Position numbers and translations under genes: made by a program. 64,000 nt of DNA. It comes from Chiloscyllium plagiosum (taxonomy: Eukaryota). Under the pieces are notes generated by a model that saw only the letters and a list, made by a program, of their open reading frames with translations, was not told the DNA's origin and did no database searches. Positions 12,628-25,180 of this stretch are shown here, in pieces. The DNA is taken from positions 72,082,845 to 72,146,844 of the forward strand of contig NC_057711.1 of assembly GCF_004010195.1 (NCBI RefSeq). The letters are read 5' to 3'. Numbering within the stretch: the first letter of the stretch is position 1; each line of letters starts with the position of its first letter.

Positions 12628-13400
12628 TCCACATCCACATCCAGAAAATCATTAGCCGCTATTTCCACCACCTTCAGCGAGATGCCACCACCAGACACAT
12701 ATTCCCCTCCCCTCCCTTGTCCCCCTTCTGCAGGAACCATTCCCTCCAGGACACCCTGGTTGCACTCTTCCTTCATTCCCAACATACCCCACAGCCCCAT
12801 AGCACCTTCACCTGCAATACCAAAGGCGTAACACCGGCCCATTTACCTCCTCCCTCCTCAGTATCCAAGACCCCAAACATACTTTCCAGATGAAGCAGCA
12901 CTTTACCTGCACTTCATGCAATCTTCTGCATTGGGGAAATAAAGCGTAAACTGAGTGATCGCTTCGCAGAACACCTACGTTCTGCTCACAAAAAAGACCC
13001 TGTGCTTCCAGTTACCTGCCACTTTAACACCCCACCCTTGTGTTCCCTGGTCAGCATTTCTGTCTCAGGCTTGTTGCAGTGTCCCAGAAGAGCTTAATGC
13101 AAGCTGGAAGAACAGCGTCTCACCTTTCACTTGGGGACCCTGTAGCCTTCAGGATTCAATATCAAGTTGAATAACTTTAGAGCTTGTACTCTCCTATGCC
13201 CCGGCCCGCACCCTCACACACAAGGCCTTGTGATCACATAGTCCGCTTTTCCACACAACCCATTGCCAGCCCCAAACAGTCTCCATTCACATCTATTCAC
13301 CCTCCTAGCCAGATCGTTATCCACACTGTTGTGTGTCCAACTATTCTTCTCTCTCTTTGGCCTCTATCCCCACTCCTTACCCTTCACCCCACCCTATCTT
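12628..13400 (+). mobile_element. Decayed Penelope-like ORF 3' region
   Basis: HIQKIISRYFHHLQRDATTRHIFPSPPLSPFCRNHSLQDTLV is homologous to the 1-130 translation; downstream RFAEHL and GTL-like remnants. Confidence 0.8.
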
Positions 13401-13401
13401 C

Positions 13402-14155
13402 TGCAGTGGTTAGCACTGCTGCCTCACAGTGCCAGGGGCTGTTGTGGAAAGAACATCCAATACTTTGTGAGAATTACCAGGAGATGCAGAAAATCCTTCA
13501 TGAAGTTAAACTTTTATTTGCAAATAAAATGGCTTCCTGATTGCCCCCGATTCTTGGAGCCACTACTTTTTATACTTTTCTAATTCCCGTGCTTATCTGA
13601 TAGCATTAGCATAACCAATCATACTAGCTTGCTTTGGCTTTCTAAACTAGTCATCTTCTACCACCCTGGTTTGCTGTTTAGACTTAACCTATCACATTAC
13701 ACCACCATCATCTTTAGCATTGGCTCATCATTGATTTAACTAGCCTGTCATTGTGTGCTACCATTATCTGTTACTGGAGCCCTGCAACATGATCCTGTGC
13801 CTGCATTACACCAAAACGTTAACTACATAACAGCAAATTAGCTTCCATATATTCCATATGACTCAGGTTGGATTCTACCCTTGGTCTGTGTGGAGTTTGC
13901 ACGTTCTCCCCATGTCTGTGTAGGCTTCCACCAGGTGCTCTGGTTTCCTCCCACAGTCCAAAGATATGCAGGTCAGGTGGATTGGCCAAGCTAAATTTCC
14001 CATAGTGTTCAGTGATGTGTAGATGAGGTGCAATAGCCATAGGAAACATAGGGTTACAGGGAGAGTGGGATGGGTTTGGGTGGGATGTTTTTCAGAGGGT
14101 CGGTGTGTACTTGTTGGGCCAAATGGCCTGTTTCCACACTGTAGGGATTCTGTGG
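13402..14155 (+). mobile_element. HE1-type SINE split by a ~420 bp insertion (13439-13860)
   Basis: The head CAGTGGTTAGCACTGCTGCCTCACAGTGCCAGGG stops at ~13438 and resumes at GACTCAGGTTGGATTC (13860). Confidence 0.8.
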
Positions 14156-14186
14156 AATTAAAAACTGACATTTTTCTAGCTGCCAT

Positions 14187-14290
14187 CAGTTCTGAGGAAG
14201 GGTCAACGGACCCGAAACTCTGATTTCTCTTCACAGATGCTGCCAGACTTGCTGAGCTTTCCAAGCGATTTTTGTTTTTGTTTCAGATAT
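14187..14290 (+). mobile_element. Pseudo-LTR family B; hammerhead core with the cleavage site deleted
   Basis: AGTT-CTGAGGA-A-GGGTC AACG GACCC-GAAA-CTCTG: perfect 5 bp helix II, CGTTAA missing. Confidence 0.75.
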
Positions 14291-14312
14291 TTTAAATTTG
14301 CTAATCTTAGAA

Positions 14313-14585
14313 GCATAGAATCCCCACAGTGTGAAAAGAGGCCATTCAGCCCCTCAAGTCTGCACTGACCTTCAGAGCAGTATCCCACCCAGACCCAGCC
14401 CCTTACCCTATCTGAGCTTGCGCATCTTTGGACTGTGGGAGGAAGCCAGAAAACCTGGCGGAAACTCACACAGACACGAGGAGAACGTGCAAACTCCACA
14501 CAGACAGTAGCCTGAGGCTGGAATTGAAACCAGCTCCCTGGCGCTGTGAGGCAGCAGTGCTAACCACTGAGGCACCGTGCTGCTC
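14313..14585 (-). mobile_element. HE1-type SINE with internal deletion
   Basis: Reverse-complement head, core and tail. Confidence 0.88.
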
Positions 14586-16081
14586 AACTTGCTTTCAACT
14601 AAATACATAGCAGCCCATTAGGTTGCTGTAGGTGATTAAATCCATCAGCAGTAGACCATTTCCCACACAGCAGATGACAAGTTCACAATCACAGGCAGAA
14701 ATACCTCTGACAGCATGTCTTCATTATTCAAATTAATCTGACCCCAAAAAATTAAGCAGGGCCTGAGCTTATGCGGTTGGACATTGGGGAACGCGTCTAG
14801 CCCATTTATGTTGCTGACTACACCGTTAAGCGAAAACCTAGCATCTAAGTTATCACTGCTGAAAACATTTACACCCCTGATTTGACCAATATGCAAATTG
14901 AACAGACAACAATGAAGATTTGGATAAATATAAAAAAGATTAAGATCATTTGAGTTGCAAAGTTACCTACACTGTGAGACTGCCAGTTGAATGACCTTGT
15001 TAAGCATAGTAACAGAAATAAGACTTGACATCAAACATTACTGGCATGAAACTTTGAATGAAAACCAGCTGAATGGCTCAGAAAAGAATTGCAGCAGTCA
15101 GAAACCACAGAAATTATGTATTAGAGTGAAAAATTTTATAGCTTAATTCTAAGTTGACATCATCATGTTTGTCATTCAAAATATTGGACACATGTTTCCA
15201 ACTATCTGCCTTTTTTGTCTTGTGTGTCTGGATGGGGGAGGGTTTACTTTTAGCAATGTTTATTATTTGTACCAAGAATGGTTAAATAATGACCTCCAGC
15301 AATAGCTCAGTAATGGGATTTTATTTCCTTCACTCAAATGACCCAGAGCTAGTCGGACTGTAGACTCAGAAGGAAACTTCTTGTCTAATAATATGAACAG
15401 AATGGCTTTTCTCCTCTGATATTCTGACAGAAAAAGCTCAATATAAGAGCACTGGATACATTGTGCTTTGATCCAATGACACAAAAATCTCTATTACTTA
15501 AATCACAAACCATGTTCTCTGCATAAAAGGGAGTAAAACTTCTTTTGGTATGTATTTAAAGAGCTTATTCTTTCATTTATTTATAATTTGCCAACATTCC
15601 TCCCCACCCCCTTTTCTAATTGCACAACTCTCTGGGTTCACAAGGAAACATACTGTTGTAACAGAATTTTCTAATATGTGTCCCCATTAACAATTAGAGT
15701 GCTGAAACAGATCATCACTATTAAATGTGTTCTTATAAGAAGTCCTTATGTCTTCCTAAAAATGCTCATTTTGAAAAGTATGGCATTTTTTTAGTTGTAA
15801 TTGTTTTACTTATCCATGATACAGCAAGGTTATATTGTGAACAATACAGACAAAGTGCTATCTTTCATTTCTGATTTGTGCTGTGTTTGCTAACCAGAGC
15901 TAGAAGGGACAAACAGGAGCACCATGGCTTAAGCAGAGCAATATTAAGCAAGATTCCTATTGCAGATAGATATCCTAGGAGGGTAGGTTGGGTGAAGAGA
16001 GAATCATAGTAGGTTATGATGTTCCAGCAGAGTAATGGGTTGCCAAATTCGTGACCAGTTTTATATGTGAACAATGATTAT

Positions 16082-16390
16082 GGGTGGCACGGTGGTTAGC
16101 ACTGCTGCCTCACAGCACCAGGGTCCCAGGTTCGATTCCAGCCTCAAGCGACTGTCTGTGTGGAGTTTGCACATTCTCCCTGTGTCTGTGTGGGTTTCCT
16201 CTGGGTGCTACGGTTTCCTCCCTCAGTCCAAAGATGTGTAGGTTAGGTGAATTGGCCATGCTAAATTGTCCATAGTGTTAGGTGCATTAGTCAGAGGGAA
16301 ATGGGTCTGGGTGGGTTACTCTCCAGAGGGTCGATGTGGACTGGTTGGGCCGAAGGGCCTGTTTCCAAACTGTAGGGAATCTAATCTAAA
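16082..16390 (+). mobile_element. HE1-type SINE
   Basis: GGGTGGCACGGTGGTTAGCACTGCTGCC head to GGGAATCTAATCTA tail. Confidence 0.92.
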
Positions 16391-16597
16391 AAAAATTAAT
16401 TAGGAAAAGTGCCAAGAGTGAGATGAGTGCCTGTGGAATCAGACAAGGAGGTATGAAGCGAACAACGAAATTCATAAGAACAAGGAGAGACAACAGCAAT
16501 TTGGATGGGAATTAAATATGAGGAATGCCTTAGAAAATTGCATGATGTCACAGATATGTAAACTCATACATACGTCCCAGCAAATGTCACAGTGTTT

Positions 16598-16818
16598 TAC
16601 AGAGGGTCCCCAATTTACAAACATCCCACTTACGAACACTCATACTAACAAACACAATTCCATGCAGGGGTGCAATTTTAAAGAACCAACATATGAATCT
16701 TTCCTGTACATAGAAACACTTATTTCGTATTGCCCTGCATTGTGTGCCAACTTGTGTATAAATTGACTTGCAAACAAACTCCGAATGGAGCCCATTTGCA
16801 ATCCATGGACTGCATATG
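16598..16818. mobile_element. Possible decayed Tc1/mariner (Tigger-like) MITE
   Basis: TA-CAGAGGGTCCCCAATTTACAAAC start with internal ACTTACGAAC; weak inverted match (GGACTG) at the right end. Confidence 0.35.
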
Positions 16819-16863
16819 GATAGAATTGAAACAGAGTTGTGACACTTGCCCGAAATAAAAGGA

Positions 16864-17732
16864 TCAGATTACAACAGGATCTTGATGAGATGGGCCAATG
16901 GGCTGAGAAGTGGTCGACGGAGTTTAATCTAGATAAATGTGAGGTGCTGCATTTTGGGAAAGTAAATCTTAGCAGAACTTATGCACTCAATGGTAAGGTC
17001 CTAGGGAGTGTTGTTGAACAAAGAGACCTTGGAGTGCAGGTTCATAGCTCCTTGAAAGTGGAATCACATATAGATAGGATAGTGAAGAAGGTGTTTGGTA
17101 TGCTTTCCTTTACTGGTCAGTGTATTGTGAAGAGGAGTTGGGAGGTCATGTTGCAGCTGTATAGGACATTGGTTAGGCCACTGATGGAATACTGCGTGCA
17201 ATTCTGGTCTCCTTCCTATCGGACAGATGTTGTGAAACTTGAAATGGTTCAGAAAAGTTTTAACAAGGATGTTTCCAGGATTGGAGGATTTGAGCTATAG
17301 GGAGAGGTTGAATAGGCTAGGGCTATTTTCCCTGGAGCGTCGGAGGCTGAAGGGTGATCTTATAGAGGTTTATAAAATCAGAAAGGGCAAGGATAGGATA
17401 AATAGACAAAGTTTTTTCCCTGGGTGGGGGAGTCCAGAACCTGAGGGCATAGGTTAAGGGTGAGAGGGGAAAGATATAAAAGACACCAAAGTGACAACTT
17501 TTCCACATAGAGGGTGGTACGTGTATGGAATGAGCTGCCAGAGGAAGTGTTGGAGGCTGGTACAATTGCAACATTTAAAAGGCATCTGGATGGGTATATG
17601 AATAGGAAGGATTTGGAGGGATATGGGCCGGGTGCTGGCAGGTGGGACTAGATTGGGTTGGGATATCTGGTCAGCATGGACGGGTTGGACTGAAGGGTCT
17701 GTTTCCATGCTGTACATCTCCATGACTCTATG
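16864..17732 (+). mobile_element. CR1/HER1 LINE 3' fragment
   Basis: LQQDLD..WAEKW...FNLDKCEVLHFG...LVRPLMEYCVQFWSP; HER1-type tail. Confidence 0.93.
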
Positions 17733-18086
17733 AATGTGTCTGTAAATGAACAGCAAGTTTCCCTTAAGGAAGTATAATTGACAATTAATTAGTCGTTTTC
17801 AGAGTGGAAAGTAATGATGAGTGAGTATTGAAGGATTCATTGCTTGAGCCCCAGCTGTTCAGAATGTACATCAGCAATTTGAATGAGGGGGTGGAATCTT
17901 CTCAGGCTCTGAGTAAGGTAGGCTATGGCGTGATGAGTGAGAGAATCGGGCAAGACATTAAGATCATCTCAGTGCGTATTGTATGATATTTTCAGATAGT
18001 GTGGTGATATTCTCATGAGGTAACAGTGCATTCCCGATTGACAATCAATATTGCTTGTTAATCACTTTGTTAATTTTTTTAAATCA

Positions 18087-18378
18087 CTACAGCGTGGAAA
18101 CAGGCCCTCTGCCCCAATAAATTCTCACCGACCCTCCGACGAGTAACCCACCCAGATCCTACTTCCCTCTGACTAACCTACCTAACCTACACAGCCCTGA
18201 ACACAATGGACAATTTAGCATAGCCAATTCATCTAACCTGCACGTCTTTGAATTGTGGGAGGAAACCGGAGCAAACCCTAGTAGACACGGGGAGAATGTG
18301 CAAAGTCCACAGAGACAGTCGTCCAAGGCTGGAATCGCATCCAGGCCCCTGGCGCTGTGAGGCAGCAGTGCCAACCAT
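18087..18378 (-). mobile_element. HE1-type SINE
   Basis: Reverse-complement core and tail; head slightly truncated. Confidence 0.88.
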
Positions 18379-19494
18379 TGCTGGTGGAACTCACCACAGC
18401 TTGTGACCTTACCAAACTCACCAAGCAAACTAGACGTTGGGAAAATTCAACATGGGAACTAAAATGGGTGCTTGGCATGTTCAGCTTGCTGTTTGCTGCA
18501 AAAGACTTCGATGCAAAAGGGCACCAAAGTTTTGGCTATGGTCTATTGGCATTGACCAAATGCACCCATGTCCATGGACTTTGGCACCCAACATGTGCCA
18601 GCCTCTATGAATCTTCGTGGCACATGTCTGATCCATTTTCAAGATGTTTCTGCACATCAGTGCTGCATCTGGAGATCTAAAATAGATAATCATTATCAAA
18701 TGAGTTTTCATAAGAAGACTTTATTTCTTACTTATGAAGAAGCTCATTTGAAAAATTATGGCTCTTTTTGTTCCAATTGTTTTCTATCTCGATGATACAG
18801 CAAGGTTGAATTGTGAACCATACAGACAAAGTGTAATGTTTCATTTCTGATTTGGGCTGACTTTGCTAACCATTGCCACAGAGTGTCAACAGGAGCACCC
18901 ATGCTTTAGAGAGGAGTATCAATTGTATTGATAATGGACTGTATCATTGTAATGCAGCAGCAAGGACATTTTGCTCTCAGGGACATGCAATCAGCTCATT
19001 GACTGGGCCAGACTGCACCTCTGGGTTCTTCATTCATCGCTATAGTGTTCACTCACTCTGAATCTTCCTGGATGCTTGTAGCATCCCTGCTTTGCATTAC
19101 CTTTCCTCCTCTTTTGCGCATTGTCCCCTCAGCCAGTAATGCCAGGCTTAATATCCAAATAAAAGCAAAATTCTGTGGATGCTGGAGAAACTCAGCACAT
19201 CTGTGGAGTTTGCTCTGAGTCTGATATAACTGTGTTTCAGAACTGAAATGGGTTGAAAAATGATGGCTTTTATACTTTTGACAGCAGCGGATAAGGAGTG
19301 AGGGGAACAGATGATGTGGGGGTCAAGGTAGGGGATGTTTCCCATTTCAGTAAACCAGCTTGATCTCATGCTAGTATTTCTGTCCTGGAGTGGGGCAGGA
19401 GTGGGGCATTATATGCTCTGCAACAGCTGAAATGCCAATTTGTTTGGAAGCAAAGAATATTTGTCGATCGATATTTTTCCATCTAGAGGAAAGG

Positions 19495-20560
19495 GTCAGT
19501 AGTAGAACCATTGCTTTTCCTGATATATATTAATGATTTAGATCTTGGTGTGCATGGAACAATTCCAAAGTTTGCAAATGGCACAAAAATTGGAAGAATT
19601 TAAAACTGTGAGAAGTACAGTGTACAACTTCAGAAGGCCATTAAAATGTTAGTAGGGTGTCAGATGAGTTTCAATACAAAGAAGAGTGAGTTGTTGCATT
19701 TTGGGAGAAAGAACATTGGAAGACAATATAAAATAGGGGGTTCAATTCTAAGAGTGGTGGAGGAGCAGGGGAACCTGAAGATATATGTGCACAAATCGTT
19801 GAAAATGGCAGGACAGGTAGGGAGAGCAGCAGGTACAGCATACAGTGAAGTGTTCTTGGCTTTGTGAGTAATAGAATAATCCAAAGATGTGCAGGTCAGG
19901 TGAATTGGCCATTCTAAATTGCCCATAGTATTGGGTGCATTAGGCAGGGGTAAATATAGGTTGGAGGAATGGGTCTGGGTGGGTTGCTCTTCGGAGGGTC
20001 GGTATGGACTTGTTGGGCTGAAGGGCCTATTTCCATATGGTAGGGAATTTAATCTAGACGGGGAGGTGATGTTGAACTTGTATAAGACACTTATTAAATC
20101 TCAGCTGGAATATTGTGTACACTTCTGTGTGACACATTGTAGGAAGAAGGTTAATGCATGAGAAAGAATGCACAAGTGGTTTACAAGAATGATTCCAGGA
20201 ATAAGGAACTTCAGTAACGAGGATAGATTAAAGAAGTTGGAACTATTCTCCATAAGGAAAAGAATGCTGAGAGGATATCTGATAGAAGTTTTCAAAACCA
20301 AGAGCAGGCTAGATACAGTAGATAACAAGAAAATGATCCCCCTTACAAAAAGAACAAGAACAAAAAGATGCAAATTTAATATAATGTGGAAAACAGGCAA
20401 AGGTGAAGTGAGGAATTTTTTTTCACTCTGCAAATAGTGAGCATATGCAATGGATTTCCTGGAACTGTAGTGGACACAGGTTTAATTGAAGCATTCAAGA
20501 GGGTATTGGATGATTATTTGATTAAGAATAATGCACAGGGGTATAAGGAAAAAGCAAATG
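19495..20560 (+). mobile_element. Older CR1 LINE fragment interrupted by a partial HE1 SINE (19880-20057)
   Basis: LIYINDLD; FNTKKSELLHFG; LYKTLIKSQLEYCVHF; RLKKLELFS. Confidence 0.8.
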
Positions 20561-20569
20561 ATTGGCATG

Positions 20570-21550
20570 TCTTTTCATCATTTATATAAATGATTTGGAT
20601 ATGAACATAGGAGGTATAGTTAGTAAGTTTGTAGATGAAACCAAAATTGGAGGTGTAGTGGACAGAGAAGACGGTTACCTCAGATTACAATGGAATCTTG
20701 ATCAGATGGGCCAACGGGTTGAGGAGTGGCAGATGGAGTTTAATTTAGATAAATGTGAGGTGCTGCCTTTTAGGAAAGCAAATCTTAGCCGGATTTATAC
20801 ACTGAATGGTAAGGTCCTAGGGAGTGTTGCTGAACAAAGAGACCTTAGAGTGAAGGTTCATAGCTCTGTGAAAGTAGAGTAACAGGTAGATAGGATAATA
20901 AAAAAGGTGTTTGGCATGTTTTCCTTTGTTCGTCAGAGTATTGAGTACAGGAGCTGAGAGGTCATGTTGCGGCTGTACAGGTCATTGGTTAGGCCACTGT
21001 TGGAATATTGTGTGCAATTCTGGTCTCCTTCCTATTGGAAGGATGTTGGGAAACTTGAAAGGATTCAGAAGAGATTTACACCCCAAGAATGTTGCCAGGG
21101 TTGGAGGATTTGAGCTATAGGCAGACGTTAAATAGGCTGGGGTTGTTGTCCCTGAGGCGTCGGAAGTTGAGGGGTGGCCTTATAGATATCTATAAAATCA
21201 TGAGGGGCGTGGATAGGATAAATAGACAAAGTATTTTCCCTGGGGTGGGGGTGTTTAGAACTGGAGGGCATAGGTTTAGGGTGAGAGGGGAAAGATATAA
21301 AAGGGACCTAAGGGACAGCTTTTTCATGCAGAGGGTTGTATGTGTATGGAATGAGCTACCAGAGGAAGTGGTAGAAGCTGGTACAATTGCAACATTTAAA
21401 CAGTATCTGATGGGTATATGAAAAAGAAAGGTTTAGAGGGATATGGGCCAAGTGCTGGCAAATGGGACTAGATTAGGTTAGGCTATGTGGTCGGCATGGA
21501 CAATTAGGACCAAATGATCTGTTTCCATGCTGTATATCTGTATGACTCTT
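20570..21550 (+). mobile_element. CR1/HER1 LINE 3' fragment
   Basis: IYINDLD...SKFVDETKIGG...WNELPEEVVEAG; HER1 tail. Confidence 0.92.
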
Positions 21551-21744
21551 TGAGGTAATAATGCTTATGAAACAAACTGATGTAGGCATGATGGGGCAAA
21601 TAGCCTGTCGCATTCTGTACCACAGATGGCTGGAGAGGTCAAGTCACCGAATATATTGAAGAAAGAAATCAACAGCTTTCCATAACCACAAAGAGCTCAG
21701 TGGGTTTTGGGAGAGAAGAGGAGCATGCATTGAAATAGAGGTTC

Positions 21745-22620
21745 AGGGAAATTGTGAGAGGGATACAGATAGCTATAATGCGATATTGATAGGCTAAGTA
21801 AGTGGACAAAATGTTGACAAATGGAAAATATAAAGTTGCTTAATTTGGAAGCAATAACAAAAGAGCAGAGTATTATTTAATTGGAAAAAACTGCAGAAAG
21901 CTTCAACACAAAGGGATTTGAGGTTACTTGTGCATGAAACTCAGAAAGCTAGCACATGGTGCAGCAGATAATCAGGAAGGCTAATGGAATGTTGGTTGTC
22001 ACTTCAAGGGGGTTAGAATATAAGAATAGGGAAGTCTTACTGTACAAAGTACTGGTGAGACCACATCTGGAGTACTGTGAGAAATATTGGTCCCCTTATT
22101 TCTGGAAAGATATCATTTTATTGCAGGCAGTTCAAATAAGGTTCACTGGAACGATCCCTGGTATGAAGGGATTGTTTTATGAGCAAAGGTTAAACGGGTC
22201 AGGATTCTATTCATTGGAATTTACAAGAATTAGAGTTGATCTCTTTGAAACATATTAGATTCTTATGGGTCTTGACAGGGTAAATGCTAAGAGGATATTT
22301 CCCTCATGGGAGAGGCCAGGACCAGAAGGCTAGTCTCAGAATAAAGGGGCACTGACTTAAGACTGAGATTAGGAATTTCTTCTCTCAGAGGGTTGGGAGT
22401 CTTTAGAACTCCTTGCCACTGACAGCAATGGGCGTTGACTCCTTGTGTATGTTTAAGATATAGATAGATTCTTGATCAGTAGGGAAATCGAGGGTTAGAG
22501 GACAAATGCAGGAAAATGGATGTGAGGAATGTCAGATCAGCCATGATGCGAATGAAAGGCAGATCAGGCTGGGAGGGGCTAGTGGCCTATTCCTGTCCCC
22601 TTTTCTTCTGGCCTTATGGT
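21745..22620 (+). mobile_element. CR1 LINE 3' fragment of a different subfamily
   Basis: KANGML...GLEYKNREVLLYKVLVRPHLEYC; distinct 3' UTR (AGATCAGCCATGAT). Confidence 0.85.
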
Positions 22621-24299
22621 CTCATGTTGAACAGGTTCAAAGGGCTGAATGTTCTACTCCTGCTCCGAGTCTCTGTTTCCTGTCTGGGAATTATGAAAAT
22701 AATCACAAATCGTTAGCTGTACTGTGTTGGTTGAGGTGACACTACAGTGCATAACTATAGGTAGTAATGTATAAGAAAATGGCTCAATTTTCAAATGCTA
22801 CTGACATTCATGTTGCATTTTTATGTTTTACAATATCATCAGAACCTTCAAGTGAATTACTGATTTGTGACGAACTGCCAGCAATCCTTCATAAATTTCC
22901 TTATTATTACATGGACTCAGTGAAAAAAGTGATATACAGGATAACAGTCCTAAATATAACTTTATTCATCGACATACATCCAATCCTCATACCTGCAATC
23001 CTGTGAGAACCGGCAAAGTAACTCTCCTCATCAGTGATTTATGTTATTACGGTTAAAATTCTGATCCAGTGCTTCAATGCAATTTTGGGAGGGGAGGGGC
23101 ATTTATTTCAAAGATTATAATAATGGAGTTCAATAGGTTGTTTTCTTCCAAGTGTGAAAATGCACCAGCAAATACTGTTGTCACTGCCTTTTTGGATCTT
23201 CTCAGTATTCTCCACATGCAGAACTAGACAATGGTACTTAATTACATAATTCTAAATTCACACCCATCCACATACTGAAAATATGTACAGTACTTGATAT
23301 GATTGTAATTGGTGCAAAATCTATTCAAGTCTAATGCAATACTGTTTTCTGCCTCTGTTTTATGTTTCTACCTTTTCTGAGAGAAAATGTAAAATGTAAA
23401 TTCCCTTTGCACGCCAATCTTACCTCATCGCACTTACTGTGCCAACCTAACCCCACCCCCCGCCACCCCTCCCCACCACCTTCTCCTTCACTGGGTCTGA
23501 GTAAGAGCTTTGCTGGTTTATTATTGCAGGAATGAAAGGCATTCCGACCTTGTCTACAATACGTGTTGGTGGTTTCAATGTTGTCCATTATGCTGAAGTC
23601 ATAGAGACAGGAATTTACACGATCTGCTCTCCAGGCAATCTGCCAGCTCAGGGTAAAACATGCTAGGACTTCATCATCATCCTCATCAATCTAACCATGG
23701 CCAAAGCTCCCTAGCTGCCTAGTTAACTAATAGACGGTGACAGTGAAGAACAGAGACTGCAGTTATGTAGATACATTGTAAACTATATCCAAACACTGTC
23801 AGAATGAAAATGCACCAGCTAAGCTTGTTGAACACATTGTTAAATGCAGATGTAACAGAGTCAAATTACTACACTGTAGAAACTTTGTCAAATATGAAAC
23901 CTTTTTTCAAGATCAGCAATTGGTGGAAATTTTGATCTTTACACATTGCGTTGATGAACCATCCACAACTAACTGAAGGATCACGAAATGGCTTTACATC
24001 CTGGTTAGCTGATCAGGTTTCATGCAAAGACTTCTGTTCCCTAATCTTCAGGATAACTAAAACGAAAGTACCTGTTCAACCTTTGTAAAACAAAGAACTA
24101 TCAAATGCCTACAGTTTGCTTATGCGATATGGTTTGTAATAAAAAGGCTGTCTCTTCCTCGATTAATTACAATATTAACAAGACACAAGTGTTTTACTGA
24201 TAAAGAAAAATATTGATTAACTTTAAGAAACACCAATTAAAATGACAGTTACTTTTGATTTTATTCTTGCCAATGTCAGGCAACTTAAATTCCCCACAA

Positions 24300-24722
24300 A
24301 ATTTTCTTCACACATGGGATGTGGGTGTTGCTGGCTGAGCCGGCGTTTATTGCCCATCCCTAGTTGCCTTTAGCAATGCGATGGTGAGCTGCCTTCTTGA
24401 ACTGCTGAAGTCCATTTGCTGTTAATACATGCACTTTTAAGGAGAGAATTCCAGGATTTTGACCCAGCAACATTGAAAAAAAGGTGATATATTTCCAAGC
24501 CAGAATGGTGAGTGGCTTGGAAGGAAACTTGCAGGTGGTGGTGCTCCCATGTATCTGCTGCCCTTGTCCTTCGAGACAAAGGTGGTCATGGGTTTTGAAG
24601 GATCTTTGGTGAATTTCTGCAATGCATCATGTAGATAGGACATGCTACTGCTACTGAGCATCAGTGATTAAGGCAATTTGTGGATGTGGTGCCAATCAAG
24701 AAGGCTGCCTTATCCTGGATGG
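24300..24722 (-). mobile_element. 3' end of a second CR1/L2-group LINE family (likely related fragments at ~4480-4740, 7170-7510, 27012-27350, 46165-46345)
   Basis: Minus strand reads IQDKAAFLIGTTST and later IYMMHCRNSPK; tail TAGGGATGGGCAATAAA..CCCACATCCCATG. Confidence 0.6.
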
Positions 24723-24958
24723 TTAGAGACAAAAAAAAGCTGAAGATGCTGGAATCCAAAGTTGACAGGCAGGAGGCTGGAAGAACACAGCAAGCCAGGC
24801 AGCATAAGGAGGTGCAGAAGTCAATGTTTCAGGTGTAACCTTCAGAAATGAGATAACGAGAGTTCAGAGACGGTATATTCCTGGTAGGCTGAAAGGAAAG
24901 GCTGAAATGTATAGAGAATGCTGGATGACCAAAGAAATTGAGGTTTTGGTTGAGAAAA

Positions 24959-25180
24959 GTTGAAACTTTATTGCTGGAACAGCACAGCAGGTCAGGCAGC
25001 ATCCAGGGAACAGGAGATTCGACGTTTCGGGCACAGGCCCTTCTTCAGCATTCCTGAAGAAGGGCCTGTGCCCGAAACGTCGAATCTCCTGTTCCCTGGA
25101 TGCTGCCTGACCTGCTGTGCTGTTCCAGCAATAAAGTTTCAACTTTGATCTCCAGCATCTGCAGACCTCACTTTCTCCTC
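24959..25180. mobile_element. Perfect fold-back pseudo-LTR element with hammerheads on both strands and 14 bp TSD
   Basis: 93 bp inverted arms 24956-25048 and 25054-25146 around CATTC. TTTGGTTGAGAAAA at 24945-24958 and 25181-25194. Confidence 0.93.
25054..25081 (+). ncRNA. Minimal hammerhead ribozyme core (mirror copy on minus strand at 25021-25048)
   Basis: ATTC-CTGAAGA-A-GGGC CTGT GCCC-GAAA-CGTC-GAAT: helix I ATTC/GAAT, 4 bp helix II, GUC site. Confidence 0.8.

Noticed and set aside
13876..14585. Tail-to-tail HE1 pair able to form dsRNA
   Set aside because: Expected by chance at this SINE density; the copies are diverged and there is no evidence of transcription.
24864..25148. Mirror ORFs MKLYCWNSTAGQAASREQE on both strands, and similar WKSTAGQAAS ORFs elsewhere
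   Set aside because: Artefacts of the inverted pseudo-LTR repeat; not coding.
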